Below are positions 1-10,251 of a DNA stretch of 64,000 nucleotides, in pieces. Made by a program: the position numbers and the translations under genes. The stretch's first letter is position 1. Every line of letters starts with the position of its first letter. Origin of the DNA: Basidiobolus meristosporus CBS 931.73 (Eukaryota > Fungi > Basidiobolomycota). Under the pieces are notes generated by a model. It made no database searches. It saw only the letters and a list, made by a program, of their open reading frames with translations, and was not told where the DNA came from. The DNA lies in contig MCFE01000046.1 in the NCBI GenBank assembly GCA_002104905.1, positions 1-64,000 on the forward strand, read 5' to 3'.

Positions 1-1120
1 TCATGTGGTCATCCATGCTGGTACTATAGATCAGAATGTCATCTAAGTAGACCAGGACAAATTTCTCTAAATATGGTTCCAGGATGCTATTCATGAGTGT
101 CTGAAATGTTGCTGGGCATTAGTCAGCCAAAGCTCATCACAACAAACTCATAATGACCATATCTTGTGTTGAATGCTGTCTTAGAGGTGTCTTCAGGCTT
201 AATTCTGATTTGGTGATATCCAGATGCCCAGGTCTATTTTAGAGAATATCTTTGCCTTCCCCAGTTGGTCAAAGAGGGCATCAATTCTTGGTAAATGGGT
301 AGGAATTTCTGACAGTGATTGCATTTAGGGCCCTGTAGTCCACACAGAACCGTAGCTTCCCATCCCTTCTTTGGAGCAAAGAGTACTGGAGCTCCCCCAT
401 GGTGAATTTACTGGTTTTATCCAGCCTTTAGCCAGGTAGTCCTTCAATGTTTCCTTCAAAGTCTCCATTTCCTTTGGGGAGAACTTATATGGGGCTCTGT
501 TTCTTGGTTTATCATCTGTTACTTCTATGGCATGGTCAATCTCTCTGCTTGGGGGTAGTGCAGGGATTTCCTTGGGAAAAACCTCTTGAAACTCTGCTAA
601 CAAGGTCTTGAGCCTGTCATTTGTCACTTCTGTGGTCTCTTGGATTTTGGCAAAGGCTATCATGTGCAACAGTTTGGGATTCTGTCTGATAGAGTGGCAA
701 ACTGTTTCTTTGATATGGTGTGTTCTGGTGCATTGCCTTTGTCCAGGGTTGGTTTGGGTGACAGATGATATTTTGCATCATCCTTGTTGATTACAACTTC
801 CTGAGTCTGCCAGTTTATGTCAGGATTGTGCTTTCTTAGCCAAGTTTGTCCCACATTGATTTCAAAGTTGGCTTGGGGTATGATAATTGGGGAAATGGTG
901 TCTTGGAAGTCCCTGATTTGTAAAGTCAAGGGTTCAGTCCTGCTGTTCACTATAATTGATTCCTTGGTGGCACAGAGGATGTGAATTGGGGGGCAAGGGA
1001 TTGTTTGTAGCCTATACATCTGATCAGAACTACATCGTTTTGAAATGTAGCATCATTCAGTCAAGTTGGCTCCAGTCAATCACTGGGTTATCAATAGAGT
1101 ACAGAGACATCATTGGTGTG
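1..1120 (-). repeat. Inverted (fold-back) copy of the Gypsy pol 5' region ~1185-2267
   Basis: The reverse complement of 1-140 matches 2125-2267. ORFs 660-1019 and 325-669 duplicate the N-terminus of ORF 1253-4318. This arm has 1-bp homopolymer deletions and gets noisier towards the centre at ~1150. Confidence 0.9.
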
Positions 1121-1252
1121 TAGACTTCAAGATACTATATACTACCCAAAGATGCTGAAACTCCCAGGGATTCTCAACAACAACCAATGTGTCTCTGTAC
1201 TCATTGACAGTGGAGCAACTGATGTCTACATTTCAAAGATGTAGCTGATCAG

Positions 1253-4200
1253 ATGAAGCTACAAACAATCCCTTGCCCCCCAATTCACATCCTCTGTGCC
1301 ACCAAGGAATCAATTATAGTGAACAGCAGGACTGAACCCTTGACTTTACAAATCAGGGACTTCCAAGACACCATTTCCCCAATTATCATACCCCAAGCCA
1401 ACTTTGAAATCAATGTGGGACAAACTTGGCTAAGAAAGCACAATCCTGACATAAACTGGCAGACTCAGGAAGTTGTAATCAACAAGGATGATGCAAAATA
1501 TCATCTGTCACCCAAACCAACCCTGGACAAAGGCAATGCACCAGAACACACCATATCAAAGAAACAGTTTGCCCACTCTATCAGACAGAATCCCAAACTG
1601 TTGCACATGATAGCCTTTGCCAAAATCCAAGAGACCACAGAAGTGACAAATGACAGGCTCAAGACCTTGTTAGCAGAGTTTCAAGAGGTTTTTCCCAAGG
1701 AAATCCCTGCACTACCCCCAAGCAGAGAGATTGACCATGCCATAGAAGTAACAGATGATAAACCAAGAAACAGAGCCCCATATAAGTTCTCCCCAAAGGA
1801 AATGGAGACTTTGAAGGAAACATTGAAGGACTACCTGGCTAAAGGCTGGATAAAACCCAGTAAATCACCATGGGGAGCTCCAGTACTCTTTGCTCCAAAG
1901 AAGGATGGGAAGCTACGGTTCTGTGTGGACTACAGGGCCCTAAATGCAATCACTGTCAGAAATTCCTACCCATTACCAAGAATTGATGCCCTCTTTGACC
2001 AACTGGGGAAGGCAAAGATATTCTCTAAAATAGACCTGGCATCTGGATATCACCAAATCAGAATTAAGCCTGAAGACACCTCTAAGACAGCATTCAACAC
2101 AAGATATGGTCATTATGAGTTTGTTGTGATGAGCTTTGGCCTGACTAATGCCCCAGCAACATTTCAGACACTCATGAATAGCATCCTGGAACCATATTTA
2201 GAGAAATTTGTCCTGGTCTACTTAGATGACATTCTGATCTATAGTACCAGCATGGATGACCACATGAAGCACTTGAAGACAGTACTGGCTATACTAAAAA
2301 AGCACAAGCTATATGCACAACTTCCTAAGTGTGAATTCCTCACCAGATCAGTTGAATACCTTGGTCACATAATCTCAGATAAAGGACTACACATGGATCC
2401 AGCCAAGATAGATGCTATCCAGAAATGGGAAGCCCCAAAGTCACTCACTGAAATGAGATCCTTCCTGGGACTTGCATCATATTACAGAAGATTCATCAGG
2501 GACTTTGCAACTATTGCAGCCCCCCTTACAGACTTGACCAAAAAAGAGAAAGACTATATATGGACCCCAAACTGTGAGACAGCTTTCCTAACTCTGAAAG
2601 AAAAGCTATGCCAAACCCCTGTGCTTCAGTTGCCTGATTTCTCAGAACCTTTCTGTGTATACACTGATGCTTCAGATCTAGCTGTTGGAGGGGTACTGAC
2701 TCAAAAAGAACACCCGGTTGCTTATGAGTCCAAAAAGCTATCAGTAACTGAACAAAACTACCCAGTCCATGAAAAAGAACTCTATGCCATACTACATTGT
2801 CTGAGAGTGTGGAGATGCTACTTGGAGGGCAAACACTTTGTGGTATATACAGATCATGCATCCCTAAGATACATTCACACCCAGAAGCTATTATCCAGAA
2901 GAATAACTAGATGGATTGAAGAACTACAACAATTTGATTTTAAAATCCACTACCTCCCTGGGCCAAAGAATACAGTTGCTGATGCACTCTCAAGGCAACA
3001 TATATCAATGGTAGATCATGAGTTGGACTGGCCAGAATACATGCCAGAGTACTTGGCAAGTCAGACAATGCCAGAAGATTTATCACAGGAAGTAAGGGTC
3101 AAGATTAAGAAAGAAGCAGAGAATTTCTCATATGGTGAAGACGAGGTACTTTACAGACACATGGAAGAAATAGGGCCTGTACCATATATTCCATTTGTAT
3201 ACAGAGGTGACATGATAATCAAGAATCATAAAGCCTTTGGACATCTGGGCATCCAAGGAACTTATGAAATAACTAAAAGGAGAGCCTGGTGGCCTAAACT
3301 CAAACAATTTATAGCTGAGACCCTCAAGACCTGCCCTGAGTGCCAGCTGGCTAGACCATACAACAAGGAACATGCCCCATTAGAACCACTGACTCCAGTT
3401 CCAGCATTCTACAGATGGGGAATTGACTTCATTGGAATATTGCCTGAAACTTCAAGAGGGAACAAGTGGATCATAACTGCAATTGACCATACCACTAAGT
3501 GGTGTATAGCAAAAGCCATGCCAGCAGCTACTGCAAAAAATGTTGCAAAATTCCTTTACCTGGAAATCTTTATGCAGTTTGGATGCCCAGGTGAAATTCT
3601 GTCTGACAGAGGAGCAAACTTTTTGGAACAAACCTTGAAAGAATACCTTCAGATAATGGGGGTTAGACATTTGAAGACATCAGCATACCACCCTAGAACA
3701 AATGGGGTCACAGAGAGGTTCAATGGACTCTTTGGGAAGATGCTGACTACTTATGTCAAAGGAGCCAAACATAAGTGGGATGAATTTGTACATCAAGCAC
3801 TCTTTGCCTGTCGTATTAGAGTCCATTCAGCAACACAAAAGTCCCCCTTCTACCTAGTGTATGGTACACATCCAAGAATCCCAGGTGATACCTTACCACC
3901 ATACATCTGGGACTTAAAGAACCAAAAAGACTTGGCAGAATTCAGAACAAGGGAACTGGAAGAATTAGGACATGCAAGACATGATGCCATCAAGAATTTA
4001 AAACGACAAGCAGAGAAGATGAAAGAACAGTACAACAAAACAGTGGTAACAAAACCCTTAACTTTGGGAAAACTTGTATTAGTCCGAAATGAAAGTAGGC
4101 TAAAACTAGAACCACATTGGGTTGGACCCTTTATTATCACAAGAGAAATGCCCTTCAATACATTTCAACTCGCAGACATGTCAGGTAAAGTAAAGGAGGA

Positions 4201-4318
4201 CCTAGTGCATAGAGACCGACTAAAGGAAGCACAGCTAAAAAACCCAATGACACCACCAACCAAATACTGGTATTACAAGTCCGATAGACAGGACTCTTCA
4301 GGAGAAGAACCTCTTTAA
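1253..4318 (+). CDS. Gypsy Pol polyprotein (protease C-terminal part, RT, RNase H, integrase; no chromodomain)
   Basis: Motifs [71 protein letters not shown]. The protease DSG lies just upstream across a 1-bp break near 1236. Confidence 0.95.
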   Translation: MKLQTIPCPPIHILCATKESIIVNSRTEPLTLQIRDFQDTISPIIIPQANFEINVGQTWLRKHNPDINWQTQEVVINKDDAKYHLSPKPTLDKGNAPEHTISKKQFAHSIRQNPKLLHMIAFAKIQETTEVTNDRLKTLLAEFQEVFPKEIPALPPSREIDHAIEVTDDKPRNRAPYKFSPKEMETLKETLKDYLAKGWIKPSKSPWGAPVLFAPKKDGKLRFCVDYRALNAITVRNSYPLPRIDALFDQLGKAKIFSKIDLASGYHQIRIKPEDTSKTAFNTRYGHYEFVVMSFGLTNAPATFQTLMNSILEPYLEKFVLVYLDDILIYSTSMDDHMKHLKTVLAILKKHKLYAQLPKCEFLTRSVEYLGHIISDKGLHMDPAKIDAIQKWEAPKSLTEMRSFLGLASYYRRFIRDFATIAAPLTDLTKKEKDYIWTPNCETAFLTLKEKLCQTPVLQLPDFSEPFCVYTDASDLAVGGVLTQKEHPVAYESKKLSVTEQNYPVHEKELYAILHCLRVWRCYLEGKHFVVYTDHASLRYIHTQKLLSRRITRWIEELQQFDFKIHYLPGPKNTVADALSRQHISMVDHELDWPEYMPEYLASQTMPEDLSQEVRVKIKKEAENFSYGEDEVLYRHMEEIGPVPYIPFVYRGDMIIKNHKAFGHLGIQGTYEITKRRAWWPKLKQFIAETLKTCPECQLARPYNKEHAPLEPLTPVPAFYRWGIDFIGILPETSRGNKWIITAIDHTTKWCIAKAMPAATAKNVAKFLYLEIFMQFGCPGEILSDRGANFLEQTLKEYLQIMGVRHLKTSAYHPRTNGVTERFNGLFGKMLTTYVKGAKHKWDEFVHQALFACRIRVHSATQKSPFYLVYGTHPRIPGDTLPPYIWDLKNQKDLAEFRTRELEELGHARHDAIKNLKRQAEKMKEQYNKTVVTKPLTLGKLVLVRNESRLKLEPHWVGPFIITREMPFNTFQLADMSGKVKEDLVHRDRLKEAQLKNPMTPPTKYWYYKSDRQDSSGEEPL

Positions 4319-4329
4319 GTGTGGGAGTA

Positions 4330-4639
4330 TGTTATGATTTAAATCCTAACTAGTCACTACCGATCACTTGAACACTACTGATCGAACACCTGGAATTCCA
4401 CACAGACGATCAATCGCACTCAGTGATACACACGTTATTTAATACATCTTGAACCCTCCTTTTGGAAGCTTGCCCTACGTTATCGGAAGCTCTCCCTCCG
4501 AGGCTATCTCTATATAAACTCCTTTGAACACTATCAATAAAGGATCAACCTTTTACCGGTTCATCAACTATTCAGATAACCTCTCTGATTCGTATTGGAC
4601 ATCCTCCGGTCCTCCTCCGCTTGCCCTCGATTCATAACA
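4330..4639 (+). repeat. Gypsy 3' LTR (310 bp)
   Basis: Starts TGTTATGA and ends TCATAACA (8-bp terminal inverted repeat); follows the polypurine tract. Confidence 0.9.
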
Positions 4640-4649
4640 CTCTCGATAA

Positions 4650-4674
4650 GCTCTGCATAGCTCAGTTGGTTAGA
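4650..4674 (+). pseudogene. 25-nt imperfect duplicate of the tRNA-Ile 5' end
   Basis: gctctgcatagctcagttggttaga directly precedes the full gene; absent from the second copy at 9004. Confidence 0.7.
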
Positions 4675-4676
4675 TA

Positions 4677-4750
4677 GCTCGCATAGCTCAGTTGGTTAGA
4701 GCGTGGTGCTAATAACGCCAAGGTCGCAGGTTCGACCCCTGCTGTGAGCA
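4677..4750 (+). tRNA. tRNA-Ile(AAT)
   Basis: Acceptor GCTCGCA/TGTGAGC, anticodon arm tggtg-ctAATaa-cgcca, GGTTCGACCC, downstream T-tract. Confidence 0.96.
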
Positions 4751-5073
4751 TTATCTTTTATCCTTTATTATTGATCTTTTTGTGTATCAGCTAAAGATTC
4801 CCTAGCATTGTGTGGACTATTGTTGCTTAAGTGGTCACAAGTTTAATATTCGGGTGGTCCCAATGTTGTGCTTATGATGTTATATGCGCACCCAGTCACT
4901 CCCTAACCCAAATCCAGTATATAAAAATATAAGCACCTATACCCTGATTGCAAGGCATTTCACGAAATACGTATTTATGCTTGTAGTATTGTAAATGTAC
5001 ATGCCAACGCATGAGGCTTTACTTTGCCAACAGAGTACTCTTGTTGTATAATCTTTGTATCTTCACAACCAAT

Positions 5074-5145
5074 TCTCAGATAGTATAGTGGTAAGTATCC
5101 CCGCCTGTCACGCGGGAGACCCGGGTTCAATTCCCGGTCTGAGAG
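5074..5145 (+). tRNA. tRNA-Asp(GTC)
   Basis: Acceptor TCTCAGA/TCTGAGA, arm cccgc-ctGTCac-gcggg, T-run terminator. Confidence 0.96.
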
Positions 5146-5453
5146 CTTTTTTTTGGCATTAATTCTCGATACAGAAAATATGTGATCACCAGTTTGGACT
5201 ATCGGGTGTCCCGTTGATATTTTTGATAGGCCCTTTTTGACTTGGTGACATAACCATTAAAAAGTTTCCTGTATTCTGCTTGGCATGTCATAGATGTAAG
5301 GATATTTATCCGTGTTTGAGCTCTAGTTTGTGCCTACATAGAATCAATGACACATTCACCATGTTCTGCGAAGCAAAATAATATTGATATTCTACTTGGC
5401 GTTATCATTATTGTGTGCTTTTTGTAAAGAAAGTGGTTTCTTCTTGCTGAAAT

Positions 5454-5526
5454 GGGCGTATGGCCAAATGGATAAGGCGCCTGACTACGGATCAGGAGAT
5501 TCCAGGTTCGATCCCTGGTATGCTCG
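5454..5526 (+). tRNA. tRNA-Arg(ACG)
   Basis: Acceptor GGGCGTA/TATGCTC, arm cctga-ctACGga-tcagg. Confidence 0.96.
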
Positions 5527-5853
5527 TTCTTTTTTGCCAATCCTTGATCGATTGCCCAGGGGTTTCTGCTTCATTTTTGCGCTAACCATGATTGCCGTAA
5601 GAGTATTGAGGAAGCTGTAGAGTACAATCTCAATAGAACGCATATATTCATTGACATGGTATCATCATTGCACCGCGCTAACGGGAATAGTGTTTGCGTA
5701 TGTTTATTAAACATATATCAGGGAAACGTGTAAGACAGCATAGCTTTTGAAAGTAGAACATTGTTAATAAACGCCTTGCTCATCTACAAAAGTTTATTTC
5801 CCTCGTTATTAATTGATAAACATACTATCAAGCTCACCTTTAAGCTGTCTATA

Positions 5854-5924
5854 GCATACTTGGTTTAGTGGTATAATTACCGCCTGCCACGCGGTAGACC
5901 GGGGTTCGATTCCCCGAGTATGCA
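5854..5924 (+). tRNA. tRNA-Gly(GCC)
   Basis: Acceptor GCATACT/AGTATGC, arm accgc-ctGCCac-gcggt. Confidence 0.96.
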
Positions 5925-6588
5925 TTTTGACAACCTTTTATGATTTCCACTCTACAATAAAGTGGCACACTCAGTACAATCCCTCAATTTGCCGCTACAA
6001 TCAACTTCCAAATTGGTCATGTGTGCTGTGGCATTTAATATCTTTATTCAAATTGGCTTTGTGGTTTCCTCTTTTACTAGCCACTATATTCCACCTCTTA
6101 ACACTTTCCCAGTAAAATGGGTTTGCTGGCTAGCGTATTAGCACATTGTCTTCAGCTCCGCCCCAGTCTAGGGTTCCGGAAAACATATACTTTTAGGCTG
6201 GACACGGGTGGAAATTTTCGGCTACGATTTTCTAAAATTTATGCATAACCGGCTTCCACCTCTGGCGCTTAGGTATTACCTAAATCATATCCACACCACG
6301 GAGTCGAACCTGTTCTTTTTGCGCTGCATCTAATCAACAAGGCCAACATCACTGGAAACCTTAAGCTAGATTAATTTGCCCACCCTACATCAAGAATGAA
6401 TTGAAGTGAACCGTAAGAAGGCCTGAAGCACTCCATGATTGTATAAAGATATACGTTGCCATACAAGATGCTTTGGTTGGTGATGGTGCTACTTGTCAAG
6501 TGCGCTGCGCTCGAAAATCTATCAGACAGGGTTGAACTAGAGTTTCTTGAAATACAAATTAGGTTCATGTGCGTAAACCCATAATAAT

Positions 6589-6661
6589 GCCTCCTTGGCT
6601 CAGTTGGCAGAGCGTCTGCCTAGTAAGCAGAAGGTCGCTGGTTCGATTCCGGCAGAAGGCA
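6589..6661 (+). tRNA. tRNA-Thr(AGT)
   Basis: Acceptor GCCTCCT/AGAAGGC (one mismatch), arm tctgc-ctAGTaa-gcaga. Confidence 0.93.
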
Positions 6662-6935
6662 TTTTTACATCTTATATTACCTCAGAGAGATGTACCATTT
6701 TGCACTGGACCTACTAAAGAAAGCCTTTCAGAGCGTGGCCAGCTTTACTTCATCCAGCCTCGGTTTTAATGATTATTTGTTCGAACGCCTTTTGGAGATG
6801 GTTTTTTTTTTGCAAAAGTAGTAATATCGGAGATCAAATTTGACAAGTATTACAGGGTCCGCATGATGGTATGTTGGGCAGATAGATAGTAAGTATAATG
6901 CATTTAGTAAGATAAAACCCAAAATTAAGTATATT

Positions 6936-7018
6936 CCGAACATAGCTCAGTTGGTAGAGCGGAAGACTGTAGTGTTATAGCAATCTTTAGGTCCCTGGTT
7001 CAAATCCGGGTGTTCGGA
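6936..7018 (+). tRNA. tRNA-Tyr(GTA) with 10-nt intron (6973-6982)
   Basis: Acceptor CCGAACA/TGTTCGG; gaaga-ctGTAg[tgttatagca]a-tcttt, intron at the canonical 37/38 position. Confidence 0.94.
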
Positions 7019-7158
7019 CTTTTTAATTATTTTGGTAAGCATTACGATATTTTTATTTTCGAAGAGAATCTACTTGTGGAATGAAAATAAATGGGACATA
7101 CATGTTAACTAGTTTGCTACGAGCCAATTCTAAAATGCGTATTCAAAAAGAAAAGGAA

Positions 7159-7232
7159 CGCTCCTGGGTGGGCTTGAACCACCAACCTCCTGATTAACAG
7201 TCAGACGCGCTAGCCAATTGCGCCACAAGAGC
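7159..7232 (-). tRNA. tRNA-Asn(GTT)
   Basis: Reverse complement GCTCTTGTGGCGCAATTGG...tctga-ctGTTaa-tcagg...CAGGAGCG. Confidence 0.95.
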
Positions 7233-7538
7233 TTCACACTTGGGCATTCTTCACCTAGATTCAAAGCTGTATATTCTTCCGTATAGTATCTGACAAGAAA
7301 ATTCCTGTCAATGTTCCACCTCACAGCCATATGCCGGATTTAAGTTACGCGGAGTACACTTTAATGGAAAATGAGTTGAAATGCCACCTTCAGCAAAGCA
7401 AGATTCTGTACTTTTCTGGGTATAAAGAGTATCTTTGGCTTTTCTCGCTTCACTCTAGCACACAATATAGTTAAGGATATTTCACTCCATGTTTCCGTAA
7501 GAAACATTACAGGTACCTACGCGTGAGTATCAATATAA

Positions 7539-7611
7539 GCCCGGCTAGCTCAATCGGTAGAGCGTGAGACTCTTAATCTCAAGGTTGTGGGTTCGACCCC
7601 CACGTTGGGTG
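7539..7611 (+). tRNA. tRNA-Lys(CTT)
   Basis: Acceptor GCCCGGC/GTTGGGT, arm tgaga-ctCTTaa-tctca. Confidence 0.96.
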
Positions 7612-7715
7612 CACTACTCTTTTTAGATATCCATCGTGGATTGGTTACCTCAAAATATACTTGATAATCGAATCTGGAGTATATGGTATATCAATGGTTG
7701 GAGCAACCTAAGCTT

Positions 7716-7787
7716 GGACGTATAGCTCAGTGGTAGAGCAATTGACTGCAGATCAATAGGTCGGTGGTTCAAATCCGCCTGCGTCCT
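7716..7787 (+). tRNA. tRNA-Cys(GCA)
   Basis: Acceptor GGACGTA/TGCGTCC, arm attga-ctGCAga-tcaat. Confidence 0.96.
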
Positions 7788-7935
7788 TCTTTTATTACTT
7801 TTATGGATTTTGGTCTTCATCGTTTTACAACTTGCATGCTACGCATAACAATACGACGACCTCTACTACTTGCGAGCACCAAATATCCTCGAGTTCGTAG
7901 CCAAAAGTTATCCCAAGCAGTGCTTTGGTTCAAAA

Positions 7936-8008
7936 TGGAGGACCTGGGTATCGATCCCAGTGCCTCTCGCATGCTAAGCGAGCGCTCTACCATCTGAGCT
8001 AGACCCCC
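7936..8008 (-). tRNA. tRNA-Ala(AGC)
   Basis: Reverse complement GGGGGTCTAGCTCAGATGG...ctcgc-ttAGCat-gcgag...GTCCTCCA. Confidence 0.95.
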
Positions 8009-8381
8009 AAATATGTGAATATATGGAGATACACATCTATCTCATTTTGTGACCCATTTTAGAAATGAACGTCTTTATATTTACCTGCCCGCTTCTCTAC
8101 TCTCTTGTAGATGCTACGAGTCTATATTTACTATCGAGAATGAGGCAACAAGTATGAATGTAAACTCGTGTATTGTACACATGATGAGTGTACCCTGGTA
8201 ACTATCTATACTGCATTCACGCACTAAATGTCGGTCCTATTAGTTGGTAAGTTACCGAGGCTGCTCCTTGGTCAGACCACACTCATTTGTACACTATGTT
8301 CGTACCATGTCTTTTATCTATGCACTTACTCCAATTAAACTATAGACCATCAAAATCAAACAGCTAGCGAGATAAAAGAGA

Positions 8382-8455
8382 TGTCTTCGCTCGGATTCGA
8401 ACCGAGGACCGTCTGTGTGTTAGACAGACGTGATAACCAACTACACCACGAAGAC
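8382..8455 (-). tRNA. tRNA-Val(AAC)
   Basis: Reverse complement GTCTTCG...tctgt-ctAACac-acaga...CGAAGACA. Confidence 0.96.
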
Positions 8456-8740
8456 ATGCTTGATTTATAGCGCTTTTTAACATTAATTTGCTTTATACGT
8501 GACTTGCGATTGTATGTGAGGAAACTTCGAGAGTACAATCATATTTTGTGTCATCCAATTCTTATGTTGTGCGGTGCTTACCAATACGAGGGAGAATGTG
8601 CATATAGAGTTACCAAAAAATTATTTTACTATTTACAAGCTATCGCAGATATCCTAAATTAATCCCATTTATTTGGTCAGTACAAATATGAAGGTGGTGT
8701 TGAAGACGAATCAAACTAAGCTTGGGAAGCTATGGAAAGT

Positions 8741-8812
8741 GGGGGGTTGGCGCAACGGTAGCGCGTTCGCCTCCAGAGCGAAAGGTTGCGTGTTCAAATC
8801 ACGCACTCCTCA
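8741..8812 (+). tRNA. tRNA-Trp(CCA)
   Basis: Acceptor GGGGGGT/ACTCCTC, arm ttcgc-ctCCAga-gcgaa. Confidence 0.95.
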
Positions 8813-9003
8813 CTTCTCTTTTTCTCATTCTGGACGATGAATACCTATATCTATATATATATATTTGCTTTTTTGATTGCACCTGTGTTATGTGGAACGT
8901 CTCTATTTTGCACTATCCTACTGTGGCAATCAAGCTTTTGTTGCCCGAGTTATCTTTTTGATGGCATGAGTTATATTACATTCAAGATGGAAATCTCTCG
9001 AAA

Positions 9004-9077
9004 GCTCGCATAGCTCAGTTGGTTAGAGCGTGGTGCTAATAACGCCAAGGTCGCAGGTTCGACCCCTGCTGTGAGCA
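9004..9077 (+). tRNA. tRNA-Ile(AAT), copy 2
   Basis: Same sequence as 4677-4750. Confidence 0.96.
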
Positions 9078-9400
9078 TTATCTTTTATCCTTTATTATTG
9101 ATCTTTTTGTGTATCAGCTAAAGATTCCCTAGCATTGTGTGGACTATTGTTGCTTAAGTGGTCACAAGTTTAATATTCGGGTGGTCCCAATGTTGTGCTT
9201 ATGATGTTATATGCGCACCCAGTCACTCCCTAACCCAAATCCAGTATATAAAAATATAAGCACCTATACCCTGATTGCAAGGCATTTCACGAAATACGTA
9301 TTTATGCTTGTAGTATTGTAAATGTACATGCCAACGCATGAGGCTTTACTTTGCCAACAGAGTACTCTTGTTGTATAATCTTTGTATCTTCACAACCAAT

Positions 9401-9472
9401 TCTCAGATAGTATAGTGGTAAGTATCCCCGCCTGTCACGCGGGAGACCCGGGTTCAATTCCCGGTCTGAGAG
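9401..9472 (+). tRNA. tRNA-Asp(GTC), copy 2
   Basis: Same sequence as 5074-5145. Confidence 0.96.
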
Positions 9473-9780
9473 CTTTTTTTTGGCATTAATTCTCGATACA
9501 GAAAATATGTGATCACCAGTTTGGACTATCGGGTGTCCCGTTGATATTTTTGATAGGCCCTTTTTGACTTGGTGACATAACCATTAAAAAGTTTCCTGTA
9601 TTCTGCTTGGCATGTCATAGATGTAAGGATATTTATCCGTGTTTGAGCTCTAGTTTGTGCCTACATAGAATCAATGACACATTCACCATGTTCTGCGAAG
9701 CAAAATAATATTGATATTCTACTTGGCGTTATCATTATTGTGTGCTTTTTGTAAAGAAAGTGGTTTCTTCTTGCTGAAAT

Positions 9781-9853
9781 GGGCGTATGGCCAAATGGAT
9801 AAGGCGCCTGACTACGGATCAGGAGATTCCAGGTTCGATCCCTGGTATGCTCG
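9781..9853 (+). tRNA. tRNA-Arg(ACG), copy 2
   Basis: Same sequence as 5454-5526. Confidence 0.96.
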
Positions 9854-10180
9854 TTCTTTTTTGCCAATCCTTGATCGATTGCCCAGGGGTTTCTGCTTCA
9901 TTTTTGCGCTAACCATGATTGCCGTAAGAGTATTGAGGAAGCTGTAGAGTACAATCTCAATAGAACGCATATATTCATTGACATGGTATCATCATTGCAC
10001 CGCGCTAACGGGAATAGTGTTTGCGTATGTTTATTAAACATATATCAGGGAAACGTGTAAGACAGCATAGCTTTTGAAAGTAGAACATTGTTAATAAACG
10101 CCTTGCTCATCTACAAAAGTTTATTTCCCTCGTTATTAATTGATAAACATACTATCAAGCTCACCTTTAAGCTGTCTATA

Positions 10181-10251
10181 GCATACTTGGTTTAGTGGTA
10201 TAATTACCGCCTGCCACGCGGTAGACCGGGGTTCGATTCCCCGAGTATGCA
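10181..10251 (+). tRNA. tRNA-Gly(GCC), copy 2
   Basis: Same sequence as 5854-5924. Confidence 0.96.

Larger units (their letters stand above)
1180..4639 (+). mobile_element. Ty3/Gypsy LTR retrotransposon, 5'-truncated (PR-RT-RH-INT plus 3' LTR)
   Basis: Protease LIDSGA at 1200-1217, RT YLDD, RNase H, then integrase with a GPF motif. Polypurine tract aagtgtgggagta directly precedes a TG...CA LTR. Confidence 0.95.
4640..6534. repeat. Direct repeat copy 1 of the Ile-Asp-Arg-Gly tRNA block (~1.87 kb)
   Basis: Near-identical to 8995-10861 at a constant 4327-bp offset. One substitution seen at 6361/10688; identity ends at 6534/10861. Confidence 0.92.

Noticed and set aside
6280-6380. Possible 13th tRNA on the minus strand
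   Set aside because: Only the T-loop/B-box fits; T-stem and acceptor stem do not pair. Kept only as a low-confidence finding.
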